From an uncultured Roseburia sp. (GTDB lineage: Bacteria; Bacillota; Clostridia; Lachnospirales; Lachnospiraceae), in NCBI GenBank assembly GCA_947057405.1, contig CAMSEJ010000001.1, positions 1 through 39,690 of the forward strand: a stretch of DNA of 39,690 nt. Direction: 5' to 3'. The first letter of the stretch is position 1; the number at the start of each line of letters is the position of its first letter. The translations under genes were made by a program, and so were the position numbers. Below are positions 15,995-25,831 of the stretch, piece after piece. The notes below the pieces were generated by a model that was not told the DNA's origin, did no database searches, and saw nothing but the letters and a program-made list of their open reading frames with translations.

Positions 15995-16687
15995 ATGAAC
16001 CGAATACTCGTATGTGACGACGACAGGGAAATTGTAGACGCCATTGAAATATACTTACAGCAGGAAGGGTACGAGGTGGCGAAAGCTTATGACGGGGAGG
16101 AAGCGCTTCTTGAGCTGAAAAAAAAGCCGGCGGATTTGCTGATTATTGACGTCATGATGCCGCGGCTTGACGGTATACGCGCGACATTGAAAATCCGGGA
16201 AGAAAGCAGCATCCCGATTATTATCCTGTCGGCAAAATCCGAGGATTCCGACAAGATCCTGGGCTTAAATATCGGCGCCGACGATTATCTGACCAAGCCC
16301 TTTAACCCGCTCGAACTTGTGGCGCGCGTCAAATCGCAGCTGAGGCGTTATACAAAGCTGGGCAACGCCACGGAAAACAACCAGGCGGTTTATCAGGTCG
16401 GGGGACTTGTCATAAACGACGATTTAAAAGAAGTGACGGTAGACGACGAGCCCGTTAAGCTGACGCCGATTGAATACAACATTTTACTTCTTCTGATGAA
16501 AAACCAGGGCAAGGTATTTTCCATCAGCCAGATATACGAAAGCATCTGGAACGCCGACGCCATCGGCGCAGACAACACCGTAGCCGTACACATCCGGCAT
16601 ATCCGGGAAAAAATCGAAATCAATCCCAAGGAACCCCGTTACATCAAAGTCGTATGGGGCGTCGGGTATAAAATAGACAGAGGGTAG
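15995..16687 (+). CDS. OmpR/PhoB-family response regulator
   Basis: ILVCDDD, DVMMP, GADDYLTKPF and winged-helix end VWGVGYK. Confidence 0.95.
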   Translation: MNRILVCDDDREIVDAIEIYLQQEGYEVAKAYDGEEALLELKKKPADLLIIDVMMPRLDGIRATLKIREESSIPIIILSAKSEDSDKILGLNIGADDYLTKPFNPLELVARVKSQLRRYTKLGNATENNQAVYQVGGLVINDDLKEVTVDDEPVKLTPIEYNILLLLMKNQGKVFSISQIYESIWNADAIGADNTVAVHIRHIREKIEINPKEPRYIKVVWGVGYKIDRG

Positions 16688-16695
16688 GGAATGTT

Positions 16696-18672
16696 ATGGA
16701 ACACAGCAAATACAACTATGGATTCAAAACAGTAGCCGTTTTACTGCAGATGGTCTTTATTATGGTTGTCATTGTCATATTTTCCCTGCTGTCCAATTTG
16801 TTTGAAAGGAGTATGCTGAGTTTCCGCGATCTCGGCAATAGCTCCTTTTTTCATTCTTCGTATTATATGGAAACGGTTGCGGAGGAAATCAGGGATCTGG
16901 TTATTTACCTGCAGCTTAAGGACACTTCCGAACAAACGGAGCTGCAGACGGAAAAATATAAAAAAATGAAGCTGAAATTCGACAACGGGGACAGCAACTT
17001 CTATTATTGGTTTACGCTGGACGGGGACGTTTCCACCAATATGCCGGGCGGCCTTTCCAAGGAAGAAGCGCTTTCCCATGCCAAAGAACTCGGCAGCTAT
17101 TTTTATTATGACGATACCGCAATTTCCTTCCAGGGAAACTTCCTGTTTTTAGATCGGATTTCCAATATTGAAATCCTGCGCTTATTCAGCCAGGGAGCCG
17201 CCGGGGGCAGTTTTATTACGGCGGTGGATGAAGCGTTGCCCAAAAACGATAAAATAAAAGACGCGCGGGACGAATATAATACATATATTCCCTGGGTCAA
17301 AACGGGAATTGGGGCGGCAATCGTATCCCTGCTTTTCTTTGTGCTCAGCCTGATCTATATTACCTTAGCGACCGGACGAAACGGGGAGGACGATAAAATC
17401 CACCTGCACCGCATCGACTATATTCCGGGGGAACTTTTATTTGCGGCGTTCCTTGCGTTTGTCATGGGGCTGTTCGCCTTCTGCGCAAGGCTGGGCCGCC
17501 AGTCGTTTTCCATTTCCAGTTCCCTGATTTTAACCGGGACGCTGGTATTTTTATCCGACGTATTTCTTCTGACGCTTTACATGAGCTTTGTCCGGCGCAT
17601 TAAAGCGGATATCTTTGTAAGCTGCAGCCTTGCGTCCCGTTCCATGCGCATATTAAAGGAAAGCATCCGCAGGCAGCGTCTGGTCAGCTGGGCGATGATC
17701 CGGCTGTTTATCTGTACCGTTCTGGAGGTGTTTTTTGTCTGGGAAGCCGCGTTTTTCGGGAAACGGTGGGCGCTTGCCGGAAGCCTTGCCATATTTTTAT
17801 ACCTATCGTTTGACGCGTTAAAGCTGGCGAACGCCCGGAAAAAAATACTGGAAGGGGTGCTTGAAATTGGCAGCGGCAAGCTGGACTACAAATTTGACAC
17901 GCGGGAATTTGACGGCGACTATAAAGAACTGGCGGAGAAAATCAACGGGATCGGGGAAGGGCTCTATACCGCCGTAGAAGAAAACGTCAAAAACGAACGG
18001 CTGAAAACCGAACTGATCACCAACGTATCCCACGACATCAAAACGCCGCTGACTTCCATTATCAACTACATCGATCTGATTAAAATGGAGCAGATAGAAA
18101 ATGAAAACCTGGAAAATTACGTGAGTATTCTGGAGAAGAAATCCCAGCGCTTAAAACAGCTTGCAGAGGATTTGGTAGAGGTTTCGCAGATTACCAGCGG
18201 AAATATCCTTTTGGATATGCAGCCGATCAATATGGTGGAACTGATTTACCAGACCGGAGGGGAATTTAACGAAATTTTTGAAGATCTGGGGCTTACGATT
18301 GTAACGCGCCTGCCCAAAGATCCGGTCATTATTCTGGCGGACGGCAACCGTATCTGGCGCGTCATTCAAAACCTCTACAACAACGCCGCCAAATACGCCT
18401 TAAAAGATACCCGCATCTATGTGGAACTGAAAAAAACCGAAGCGACGGCGGAGTTTTCGATTAAAGATATTTCCGCGCATGAAATCCACCAGACGGCGCA
18501 GGATTTGAGCGAGCGTTTTGTACGCGGGGACGAATCGCGCGGGACGGAGGGCAGCGGCCTCGGTCTTTCGATTGCCCGAAACCTGACCAATTTAATGGGC
18601 GGGACGTTTGAAATCGTGCTCGACGGCGATTTATTTACCGTATCCATCACGTTTCCGCTGATAAACCCTTGA
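16696..18672 (+). CDS. Multi-TM sensor histidine kinase
   Basis: Several hydrophobic segments; H-box NVSHDIKTPLT, N-box NAAKY, ERFVRGD and GSGLGLSIA. Confidence 0.95.
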   Translation: MEHSKYNYGFKTVAVLLQMVFIMVVIVIFSLLSNLFERSMLSFRDLGNSSFFHSSYYMETVAEEIRDLVIYLQLKDTSEQTELQTEKYKKMKLKFDNGDSNFYYWFTLDGDVSTNMPGGLSKEEALSHAKELGSYFYYDDTAISFQGNFLFLDRISNIEILRLFSQGAAGGSFITAVDEALPKNDKIKDARDEYNTYIPWVKTGIGAAIVSLLFFVLSLIYITLATGRNGEDDKIHLHRIDYIPGELLFAAFLAFVMGLFAFCARLGRQSFSISSSLILTGTLVFLSDVFLLTLYMSFVRRIKADIFVSCSLASRSMRILKESIRRQRLVSWAMIRLFICTVLEVFFVWEAAFFGKRWALAGSLAIFLYLSFDALKLANARKKILEGVLEIGSGKLDYKFDTREFDGDYKELAEKINGIGEGLYTAVEENVKNERLKTELITNVSHDIKTPLTSIINYIDLIKMEQIENENLENYVSILEKKSQRLKQLAEDLVEVSQITSGNILLDMQPINMVELIYQTGGEFNEIFEDLGLTIVTRLPKDPVIILADGNRIWRVIQNLYNNAAKYALKDTRIYVELKKTEATAEFSIKDISAHEIHQTAQDLSERFVRGDESRGTEGSGLGLSIARNLTNLMGGTFEIVLDGDLFTVSITFPLINP

Positions 18673-18697
18673 TTTTTAGCGGTGCTGCCTTTATAAT
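18669..18697 (+). promoter_or_regulatory. Sigma-A promoter of the hydratase operon
   Basis: TTGATT-N17-TATAAT overlapping the kinase stop codon. Confidence 0.7.
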
Positions 18698-18785
18698 TTT
18701 AACCAGACCTGTACGCGGGCGGCGCAGCGCCGTTTTGCGTAGTAAACGGACAAAAACGGACAGACGAGAATAAGGAGAATAGCAG

Positions 18786-21053
18786 ATGAAGCTTTATGAA
18801 AACGGGGTATACCTCGTAAACGGAACAGAATTAATCGAAGATACCAGCCAGAATGCTTCCCGCGTCGGCATGACAAAAGAGGAAGCGGCAAAAAATACGA
18901 TTGCGTATGGGATTTTAAAAGAGCATAATACCTCCGGCAGCATGGAAAAGCTGCAGGTGAAATTTGATAAACTGACTTCGCACGACATTACGTTTGTCGG
19001 GATTATCCAGACGGCGCGCGCAAGCGGCCTGGAGAAATTCCCGATTCCCTATGTGCTGACGAACTGTCACAACAGCCTGTGCGCCGTAGGCGGGACGATC
19101 AACGAGGACGACCATATGTACGGTTTAACCTGCGCCAAGAAATACGGCGGCGTGTATGTGCCGCCGCACCAGGCAGTCATTCACCAGTATGCCAGAGAGA
19201 TGCTTGCCGAAGGCGGCGCAATGATTTTGGGATCGGATTCCCACACGCGCTACGGCGCGCTCGGGACGATGGCAATCGGCGAAGGCGGCCCCGAACTGGT
19301 AAAACAGCTTTTGAGCCAGACGTATGATATCAATATGCCGCAGGTGGTCGGCGTATATTTAAAAGGCGCGCCGGTAAAAGGCGTCGGCCCGCAGGACATC
19401 GCCCTTGCCATTATCGGGGAAGTGTTTGCAAACGGCTATGTCAAGAACAAAGTAATGGAATTTGTCGGTCCCGGCGTAGCCGGCTTAAGCGTAGATTACC
19501 GGATTGGCATAGACGTTATGACAACCGAGACGACCTGCCTTTCTTCCGTCTGGCAGACCGACGGCGCGGTGCGCGAGTTTTATGAAATCCACGGCAGAAA
19601 AGAAGCCTACAAAGAACTGGCTCCGGGCCAAACGGCGTATTACGACGGTATGATTGAAATCGATCTGAGCGAAATCCGCCCCATGATTGCTATGCCGTTC
19701 CATCCGAGCAACACCTATACGATTGAAGAGTTAAACGCCAACTTAACGGATATATTAGACGACTGTGAAAAACGCGCGCAGGTCAGCTTTGACGGCGCGG
19801 TGGATCTGGATTTAAAGAGCAAGGTCAAAAACGGCAGGCTGTATGTGGATCAGGGCATTATTGCAGGCTGCGCGGGCGGCGGCTTTGAAAACATCTGCGA
19901 CGCGGCGGATATTTTAAACGGCGCTTCCATCGGGCAGGACGGCTTTACGCTTAGCGTTTATCCGGCAAGTATGCCGATTTATATGGAACTTGTAAGAAAC
20001 GGCGCGGCCGCTGCGCTCATGCAGACCGGGGCGGTTTTAAAAACCGCGTTCTGCGGGCCGTGTTTCGGCGCGGGCGACACGCCGGCAAACAATGCGTTTT
20101 CCATCCGGCATTCGACCAGGAACTTCCCGAACCGGGAGGGCTCTAAGATCCAGAACGGGCAGATTGCTTCCGTGGCGTTAATGGACGCCCGATCCATTGC
20201 CGCGACTGCCGCAAACAAAGGCTATCTGACCCCGGCGACCGATTTGGACGTAACGTATTCCGGGAAAAAATACTTCTTTGACCGTAAGATTTATGAAAAC
20301 CGCATTTTTGACAGCAAGGGCATAGCGGATCCGTCCGTGGAAATCCAGTTCGGGCCAAATATCAAGGACTGGCCGAACATGAGTCCGCTGCCGAAGCATA
20401 TGATTTTAAAGGTGGCCGCCGAAATCCACGATCCGGTTACGACGACCGACGAACTGATCCCGTCCGGCGAGACGTCTTCTTACCGCTCAAACCCGCTCGG
20501 GCTGGCGGAATTTACGCTTTCCAGGAAGGATCCGGCGTATGTCGGCCGGGCGAAGGAAATCCAGAAGGCGCAGAAGGCCATTGAAGCCGATACCTGCCCG
20601 TGCGAGGCGGTTCCGGAATTAAAGCCGGTTATGGATTTCTTAAAAGAACGGTTCGGCGATATCAGCCGGAAAACCGTCGGCATCGGGAGCGTTGTGTTTG
20701 CGGTAAAGCCGGGCGACGGTTCGGCCAGGGAGCAGGCGGCTTCCTGCCAGAAGGTGCTTGGCGGCTGGGCCAATATCGCCAACGAATACGCAACCAAGCG
20801 TTACCGCTCGAACCTCATCAACTGGGGAATGCTGCCCCTGTTAATCGAGCCGGGCGAACTGCCGTTTGCGAACGGGGACTATATTTTCCTGCCGGATATC
20901 CGCAGAGAAGTGGAAGAAGCGGCGGCGGAACTCAAAGCTTATGTGATAAAAAACGGGGGATGCATAGAATTTAAACTTACCATGGGAGAGCTGACCGACG
21001 ACGAGAGAAGCATTATTTTGAAAGGATGCCTGATTAATTACAACAGAAAGTAG
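18786..21053 (+). CDS. Aconitase-family hydratase (YbhJ-like)
   Basis: [25 protein letters not shown] and CGPCFG (4Fe-4S ligands), [25 protein letters not shown]. Confidence 0.9.
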   Translation: MKLYENGVYLVNGTELIEDTSQNASRVGMTKEEAAKNTIAYGILKEHNTSGSMEKLQVKFDKLTSHDITFVGIIQTARASGLEKFPIPYVLTNCHNSLCAVGGTINEDDHMYGLTCAKKYGGVYVPPHQAVIHQYAREMLAEGGAMILGSDSHTRYGALGTMAIGEGGPELVKQLLSQTYDINMPQVVGVYLKGAPVKGVGPQDIALAIIGEVFANGYVKNKVMEFVGPGVAGLSVDYRIGIDVMTTETTCLSSVWQTDGAVREFYEIHGRKEAYKELAPGQTAYYDGMIEIDLSEIRPMIAMPFHPSNTYTIEELNANLTDILDDCEKRAQVSFDGAVDLDLKSKVKNGRLYVDQGIIAGCAGGGFENICDAADILNGASIGQDGFTLSVYPASMPIYMELVRNGAAAALMQTGAVLKTAFCGPCFGAGDTPANNAFSIRHSTRNFPNREGSKIQNGQIASVALMDARSIAATAANKGYLTPATDLDVTYSGKKYFFDRKIYENRIFDSKGIADPSVEIQFGPNIKDWPNMSPLPKHMILKVAAEIHDPVTTTDELIPSGETSSYRSNPLGLAEFTLSRKDPAYVGRAKEIQKAQKAIEADTCPCEAVPELKPVMDFLKERFGDISRKTVGIGSVVFAVKPGDGSAREQAASCQKVLGGWANIANEYATKRYRSNLINWGMLPLLIEPGELPFANGDYIFLPDIRREVEEAAAELKAYVIKNGGCIEFKLTMGELTDDERSIILKGCLINYNRK

Positions 21054-21064
21054 GTGTGTTCTCC

Positions 21065-22345
21065 ATGGAGGAAATGCAGGATTTCAAAAAAAAGAAACAA
21101 CCGCCGGAATGGGATTTACAGAAATATATTACGATTGCGGTCATAGCGTTTGTAACGGTATGCTGCTGCGTGCTCTTTTTCTTCTTGATTTACCGCTACC
21201 ACGGGCTTACGGCGTACTGGCAGAAGCTGGTAGCGGTACTGCAGCCGATCATTATGGGCTGTATTACGGCGTATCTGTTAAACCCGGTAATGATGTTTCT
21301 GGAACAGTATCTGATAAAATTTTTAAAGCCGCGCGTCAAAAGCGAAAAAAAAGCGAAGAAACTGTCCCGCACCCTTGCAACGGGCGGGGCGCTCGCGATC
21401 TTTCTGCTGGTCATCTTTTTGCTTCTTGACATGGTAATCCCTGAACTGATTACGAGTATACAGGGAATGGCGACAAACCTGCCGTCCGAGATCAATTCCT
21501 TCGTGGCATGGAGCAAACACACGCTGTCCGGCGACAGCAAAATAGCGGAAATGCTCGGCAGCGGGCTGGTCACGGCGACCAATTACTTAGAACAGTGGCT
21601 GCAGGCGGACGTGCTGCCGCAGGTCAATTCTTACATTGCGTCCATCACCACGGGAGTAATCAGCATTGTAAGGGCGCTGTTTAATTTCGTAATCGGGCTT
21701 GTAATTGCGATCTATCTTCTGACAAGCAAGGAAACGTTTATCGGGCAGGGCAAAAAGATCATTTATGCCGTTCTGCCGCCCAAATTCGGGAACCATGTCA
21801 TCGAGACGCTGCGGGTCAGCCATAAGATGTTCGGCGGGTTTATCAGCGGCAAAATCCTGGATTCCGCGATTATCGGCGTAATCGCCTATGTGGGCCTTGC
21901 GGCGCTTTCGATGCCGTACAGCCTGCTCGTAGCGGTAATCGTGGGCGTGACCAATGTCGTTCCGTTTTTCGGGCCGTTTATCGGCGCGGTGCCGGGCGTG
22001 ATTCTGATTGCCCTGGCAGAGCCGGTAAAGGGGCTGTATTTCCTGATATTCGTGTTTGTCTTACAGCAGGTGGACGGGAATATCATCGGGCCTAAGATAC
22101 TGGGCGATTCCACGGGGTTGTCTTCTTTTTGGGTTGTATTTGCAATTTTAGTCGGCGGAGGGCTGTTCGGCTTTATGGGCATGCTGCTCGGCGTGCCGAC
22201 GTTTGCGGTGATTTATTATCTGATCCGTGAAATTGTAGCTTATGTACTGCGGCGGCGGAAGCTGCCGGAGGGGACAAGAGAGTATATACAGATGCAGAGT
22301 GTGGATGTGGATACGGGGAAAGTCCGGTATGAGGAAGAGAAGTAG
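21065..22345 (+). CDS. AI-2E (PerM) family transporter
   Basis: Multi-TM; AYLLNP, TNVVPFFGPFIG, QQVDGNIIGPKILG, GMLLGVP. Start is ATG 21065 or GTG 21056. Confidence 0.9.
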   Translation: MEEMQDFKKKKQPPEWDLQKYITIAVIAFVTVCCCVLFFFLIYRYHGLTAYWQKLVAVLQPIIMGCITAYLLNPVMMFLEQYLIKFLKPRVKSEKKAKKLSRTLATGGALAIFLLVIFLLLDMVIPELITSIQGMATNLPSEINSFVAWSKHTLSGDSKIAEMLGSGLVTATNYLEQWLQADVLPQVNSYIASITTGVISIVRALFNFVIGLVIAIYLLTSKETFIGQGKKIIYAVLPPKFGNHVIETLRVSHKMFGGFISGKILDSAIIGVIAYVGLAALSMPYSLLVAVIVGVTNVVPFFGPFIGAVPGVILIALAEPVKGLYFLIFVFVLQQVDGNIIGPKILGDSTGLSSFWVVFAILVGGGLFGFMGMLLGVPTFAVIYYLIREIVAYVLRRRKLPEGTREYIQMQSVDVDTGKVRYEEEK

Positions 22346-22369
22346 CCTTCTTTGTTGAGGTGAGATACA

Positions 22370-25300
22370 TTGATAGATAAATATGAATACAAATTAAAAT
22401 TTGAGCAGATGAAAGCGCTGACGGCCGAAGGGGATTATGAATCGGCAGCCGAAATTGCGGATACCATCCAATGGCGCAAGGTGCGGAATATTAACCTGCT
22501 GATTAAAGCGGGAGATATTTATTCCAAGCTGAAGCGTTTTGACGATGCAAAGGAGATCCTGCAGATGGCATATGACCGCTCTCCAATCGGGAGGATGATT
22601 ATTTACCGTCTGGCAGAGATCGCGATTAAGACGAAAAGCTTTGCGGAAGCAACGGAGTATTATGAGGAGTTTGTAGAAATCGCCCCTCACGATAACTTAA
22701 AGTACGTGCTCCGGTACAAAATCAGCAAGGCAAAAGGCGCGGATTTGCAGACCCGGATTGCAATCCTCGAAGAATTAAAAGAAGCGGAATATACCGAGGA
22801 GTGGGCGTTTGAGCTGGCATACCTGTACCATAAGGCGGGAGAATACGAAAAATGCATTGATGCCTGCGACGAGCTGATTCTGTGGTTTGGCGACGGGATT
22901 TATGTGGAACGCGCACTGGAGCTTAAGATGCTGCATAAACCGCTGACGAAGACACAGGAGGATAAGTACAGAGCATGCAAGCAGCGCAGGGACGGCGTAA
23001 AAGAGGTATATCCGCAGGAGGCGGTTGTGCGGATTCCTGAAGTAAAAGAGCATGTGGGCAAATTTGACACGGCAAAGCTGCAGGAAGAAATCAAAAAGAA
23101 TCTGGGGCAGATTTTAAATGCCAACGAAAAAGAAACCGTGGAAAAAAGCATGGATTCAATTGATAAAATGGTACAGAAGTTTCCGTATCTGCAAAAGCAG
23201 GTAACGGAACAGGTGCCAAAGCCGCCCGCCGATTCCGGACCGAGGGTGGACGAGTTTTTGCGTACCAATATAAAAGAGGCGCTGGAGGGCGGTTACGGCG
23301 AACTGCAGAACATGCCGGAAGAAAGCCGCGCAGGCGAACACCAGACGGACGGATGGGATCGTACCAGCCAGGCGATTGAAGCGGTCTTACAGAGCGCACA
23401 GCAGAAGGAACTGGAATATACGAAAGCGCAGGCGATACAGAAAACGGAAGATATTATGGACCTGCTTGCGGATGTGATCCCGAAAATTGACGGAGGAACG
23501 TCGCAGGCACAGCTGATGCAGGAAGAATACCTTTCCCAGGAGAACCGGATGCCAAAGCAGCGCGGCAGAATGCATACGGATGTCCGGATGCGGGGACAGA
23601 CTTTCGGGCAGCCTGTGAAGGAATCCCCTTCGGAGCCGGATTTGCTGCGCAAAATCAAACGTGCAAAACCCCAGTTTCGGGAGCAGCTCGGAGAACGCCC
23701 CTACTTACCGCGCAGAATACGGCACGATATCTCCGGCACAACCCCGCCTGGAGCAACGGCAGAGGGCGGTCCGGGAGACAATATGCACCGGCCGGAAGAT
23801 TATGGCGGCTATGCGGCAGGTATAATGCAGCAGGGTATTTACGGAAATAATTCTCCGGATGCACAGCAGGCAGATCCATATGACACTCTTTCTTCGGATG
23901 CAGCCAGAATAACGCAGACAGTCGAATTTGACGGGTATGCTCCGGATGTAGCCGAAACAGAACAGGCAAATCCATACGGCGGGCACGTTCCCGATGCCGT
24001 CGATATGACGCAGGCAGCTGAATTTGACGGGTCTGTTCCGGATACACCGGAAATGCTGCAGACAGACGCTTATGACGATTTTTCTGCGGACACAGCCGAA
24101 ACGGCACAGGCGGATCCATACGGCGGACACGTTCCCGATACTGTCGACATGACGCAGACAGACGAATTTGACGGGCATGTTCCGAATACGCCGGAACTGT
24201 TACAGACAGGTACTTATTACAATTTTTCTGCAGATGCAGCCGAAATCATGCAGGCGGATACAGATAACGGACAGGTTTCCGATGCTGCCAATATGACATG
24301 GACAGGCAAATATGGCGAGCATGATCCGGATGCACACGGAATGATACAGACAGATACTACTTATGGCAGTTTTTTTTCGGATACAGGCGAAACGACGCCG
24401 GAGATGATACAGACCGATCCTTACGGCAATTTTTCTCCGGATACATCAAAAACGGCACGGACAAATGAAACGGGCAGTTATGCTCCGAAGGATCCGGAAC
24501 GAACACAGCCAAATCAGGATAACGGCTATGCTGCAGACACATTCCGACCTGAGCCCGGTGCATACTTTTCCGCCGAAAGCCAGCCGCAGGCAGGCAGCAA
24601 ACCGGACGGCAGCTACGCAGGCAGAATGCCGGACAACGGCTCCGGATTTGCAGAGCGCCCGACTGTCATTGATTCGGAAGGCTACGAAGAATATGATGAT
24701 ATCCCTGCGGCGGACGAAGCAAACGGCATGCAGGCGGAACGCGCCGGGGACGAACCGATTCCATCCGAAGAAATGCAGATGGCAGAAGCCGAATTTTACG
24801 GCGTCCCGGTGGAAGCGCTTGCAAACGGCGAGCCGGAAGCGATGCCGGAAAGCCTGGTAGCCGAAATGCTCTCCAGACAGGATACCAAAGAAATCAAATC
24901 CCGGCAGATCGAGCAGGCGCTGGCAATGCAGATGCAGGAAATTCCGTATGAAGACGAAGCTGCCGCCGAAGACATATCCGAGCAGGAAATCAATCCCATT
25001 CCGGCAATCACAGAACTTGACGATGATCTGAAAGCCCTGTTTTCCTATTTTGTCCCGGTCGCAGGCATGGAAAAACAGATTTGCGAAGCGCTTTCCGGCG
25101 CGCTTGCCAAATGTTCCGGCAACGGCGTTTTATCCGGCGGCAACATCCTGATCCAGGGCGGCCGCGGCTGCGGAAAAACCATCCTTGCAACCAGGCTGGT
25201 AAAAGCACTCAAAAAAATATCGCAGCGAAAAGATATTACATTGGGTAAAATAGATGCCGAAAAGCTGAATCAGAAAGATCTGACAAAGCTTTTAGAGCAG

Positions 25301-25774
25301 GTGCAGGGGGGCTGCCTGATCATTGAACAGGCAGGCGACATGACACGGGAAACGGCAATTAAGCTGTCGCTGCTTTTGGATCATGACGACAGCGGGATTC
25401 TGGTCATACTGGAAGATACCCGGCTGGGTCTGGAAGACGCTTTAAAAAAAGACGAGAATTTTGCAAGAAAATTTACACACAGAATCACAATCCCCGTATT
25501 TACAAGCGACGAGCTGGTAGAATTCGGGAAAACATACGCGCATGAGCGCGATTACGAAATTGACAATATGGGCGTACTGGCGCTTTACAACCGGATCAGC
25601 AATATCCAGAAGCTGGATACACCGACCACATTAATTGAGATAAAAGATATTGTGGACGAAGCAATTCGGAAAGCAGAAAAGAAATCCTGGAAAAAGGCAT
25701 TTTCGATTTTAACTTCCAGAAGATATAACGATGATGACTATATCATGCTCAGGGAAAAGGATTTTGAAGAATAG
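22370..25774 (+). CDS. TPR-domain protein with central acidic tandem repeats and C-terminal degenerate AAA-like P-loop domain
   Basis: TTG start with SD GAGGTG; TPR-like helices (ELAYLYHKAGEYEKCIDAC); Walker A GGRGCGKT; Walker-B-like GGCLIIEQA. Confidence 0.8.
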   Translation: MIDKYEYKLKFEQMKALTAEGDYESAAEIADTIQWRKVRNINLLIKAGDIYSKLKRFDDAKEILQMAYDRSPIGRMIIYRLAEIAIKTKSFAEATEYYEEFVEIAPHDNLKYVLRYKISKAKGADLQTRIAILEELKEAEYTEEWAFELAYLYHKAGEYEKCIDACDELILWFGDGIYVERALELKMLHKPLTKTQEDKYRACKQRRDGVKEVYPQEAVVRIPEVKEHVGKFDTAKLQEEIKKNLGQILNANEKETVEKSMDSIDKMVQKFPYLQKQVTEQVPKPPADSGPRVDEFLRTNIKEALEGGYGELQNMPEESRAGEHQTDGWDRTSQAIEAVLQSAQQKELEYTKAQAIQKTEDIMDLLADVIPKIDGGTSQAQLMQEEYLSQENRMPKQRGRMHTDVRMRGQTFGQPVKESPSEPDLLRKIKRAKPQFREQLGERPYLPRRIRHDISGTTPPGATAEGGPGDNMHRPEDYGGYAAGIMQQGIYGNNSPDAQQADPYDTLSSDAARITQTVEFDGYAPDVAETEQANPYGGHVPDAVDMTQAAEFDGSVPDTPEMLQTDAYDDFSADTAETAQADPYGGHVPDTVDMTQTDEFDGHVPNTPELLQTGTYYNFSADAAEIMQADTDNGQVSDAANMTWTGKYGEHDPDAHGMIQTDTTYGSFFSDTGETTPEMIQTDPYGNFSPDTSKTARTNETGSYAPKDPERTQPNQDNGYAADTFRPEPGAYFSAESQPQAGSKPDGSYAGRMPDNGSGFAERPTVIDSEGYEEYDDIPAADEANGMQAERAGDEPIPSEEMQMAEAEFYGVPVEALANGEPEAMPESLVAEMLSRQDTKEIKSRQIEQALAMQMQEIPYEDEAAAEDISEQEINPIPAITELDDDLKALFSYFVPVAGMEKQICEALSGALAKCSGNGVLSGGNILIQGGRGCGKTILATRLVKALKKISQRKDITLGKIDAEKLNQKDLTKLLEQVQGGCLIIEQAGDMTRETAIKLSLLLDHDDSGILVILEDTRLGLEDALKKDENFARKFTHRITIPVFTSDELVEFGKTYAHERDYEIDNMGVLALYNRISNIQKLDTPTTLIEIKDIVDEAIRKAEKKSWKKAFSILTSRRYNDDDYIMLREKDFEE
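23867..24540 (+). repeat. 48-bp (16-aa) intragenic tandem repeat, about 14 degenerate units, with a 144-bp higher-order repeat
   Basis: Units QADPYDTLSSDAARIT, QTVEFDGYAPDVAETE, QANPYGGHVPDAVDMT and so on; the PYGGHVPD units start at 23963 and 24107, 144 bp apart. Confidence 0.9.
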
Positions 25775-25831
25775 GAACTGTTAGGATCTCACAGATACGA
25801 AGATTAAATAAAAAACCGGAGGGGTATAATT

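Noticed and set aside
18712-18741. Canonical iron-responsive element
   Set aside because: The loop is CAG(CG), not CAGUGN, and there is no bulged C; kept only as a generic hairpin.
23867-24540. CRISPR array
   Set aside because: The repeats are degenerate, in-frame and coding, without unique spacers or cas genes.
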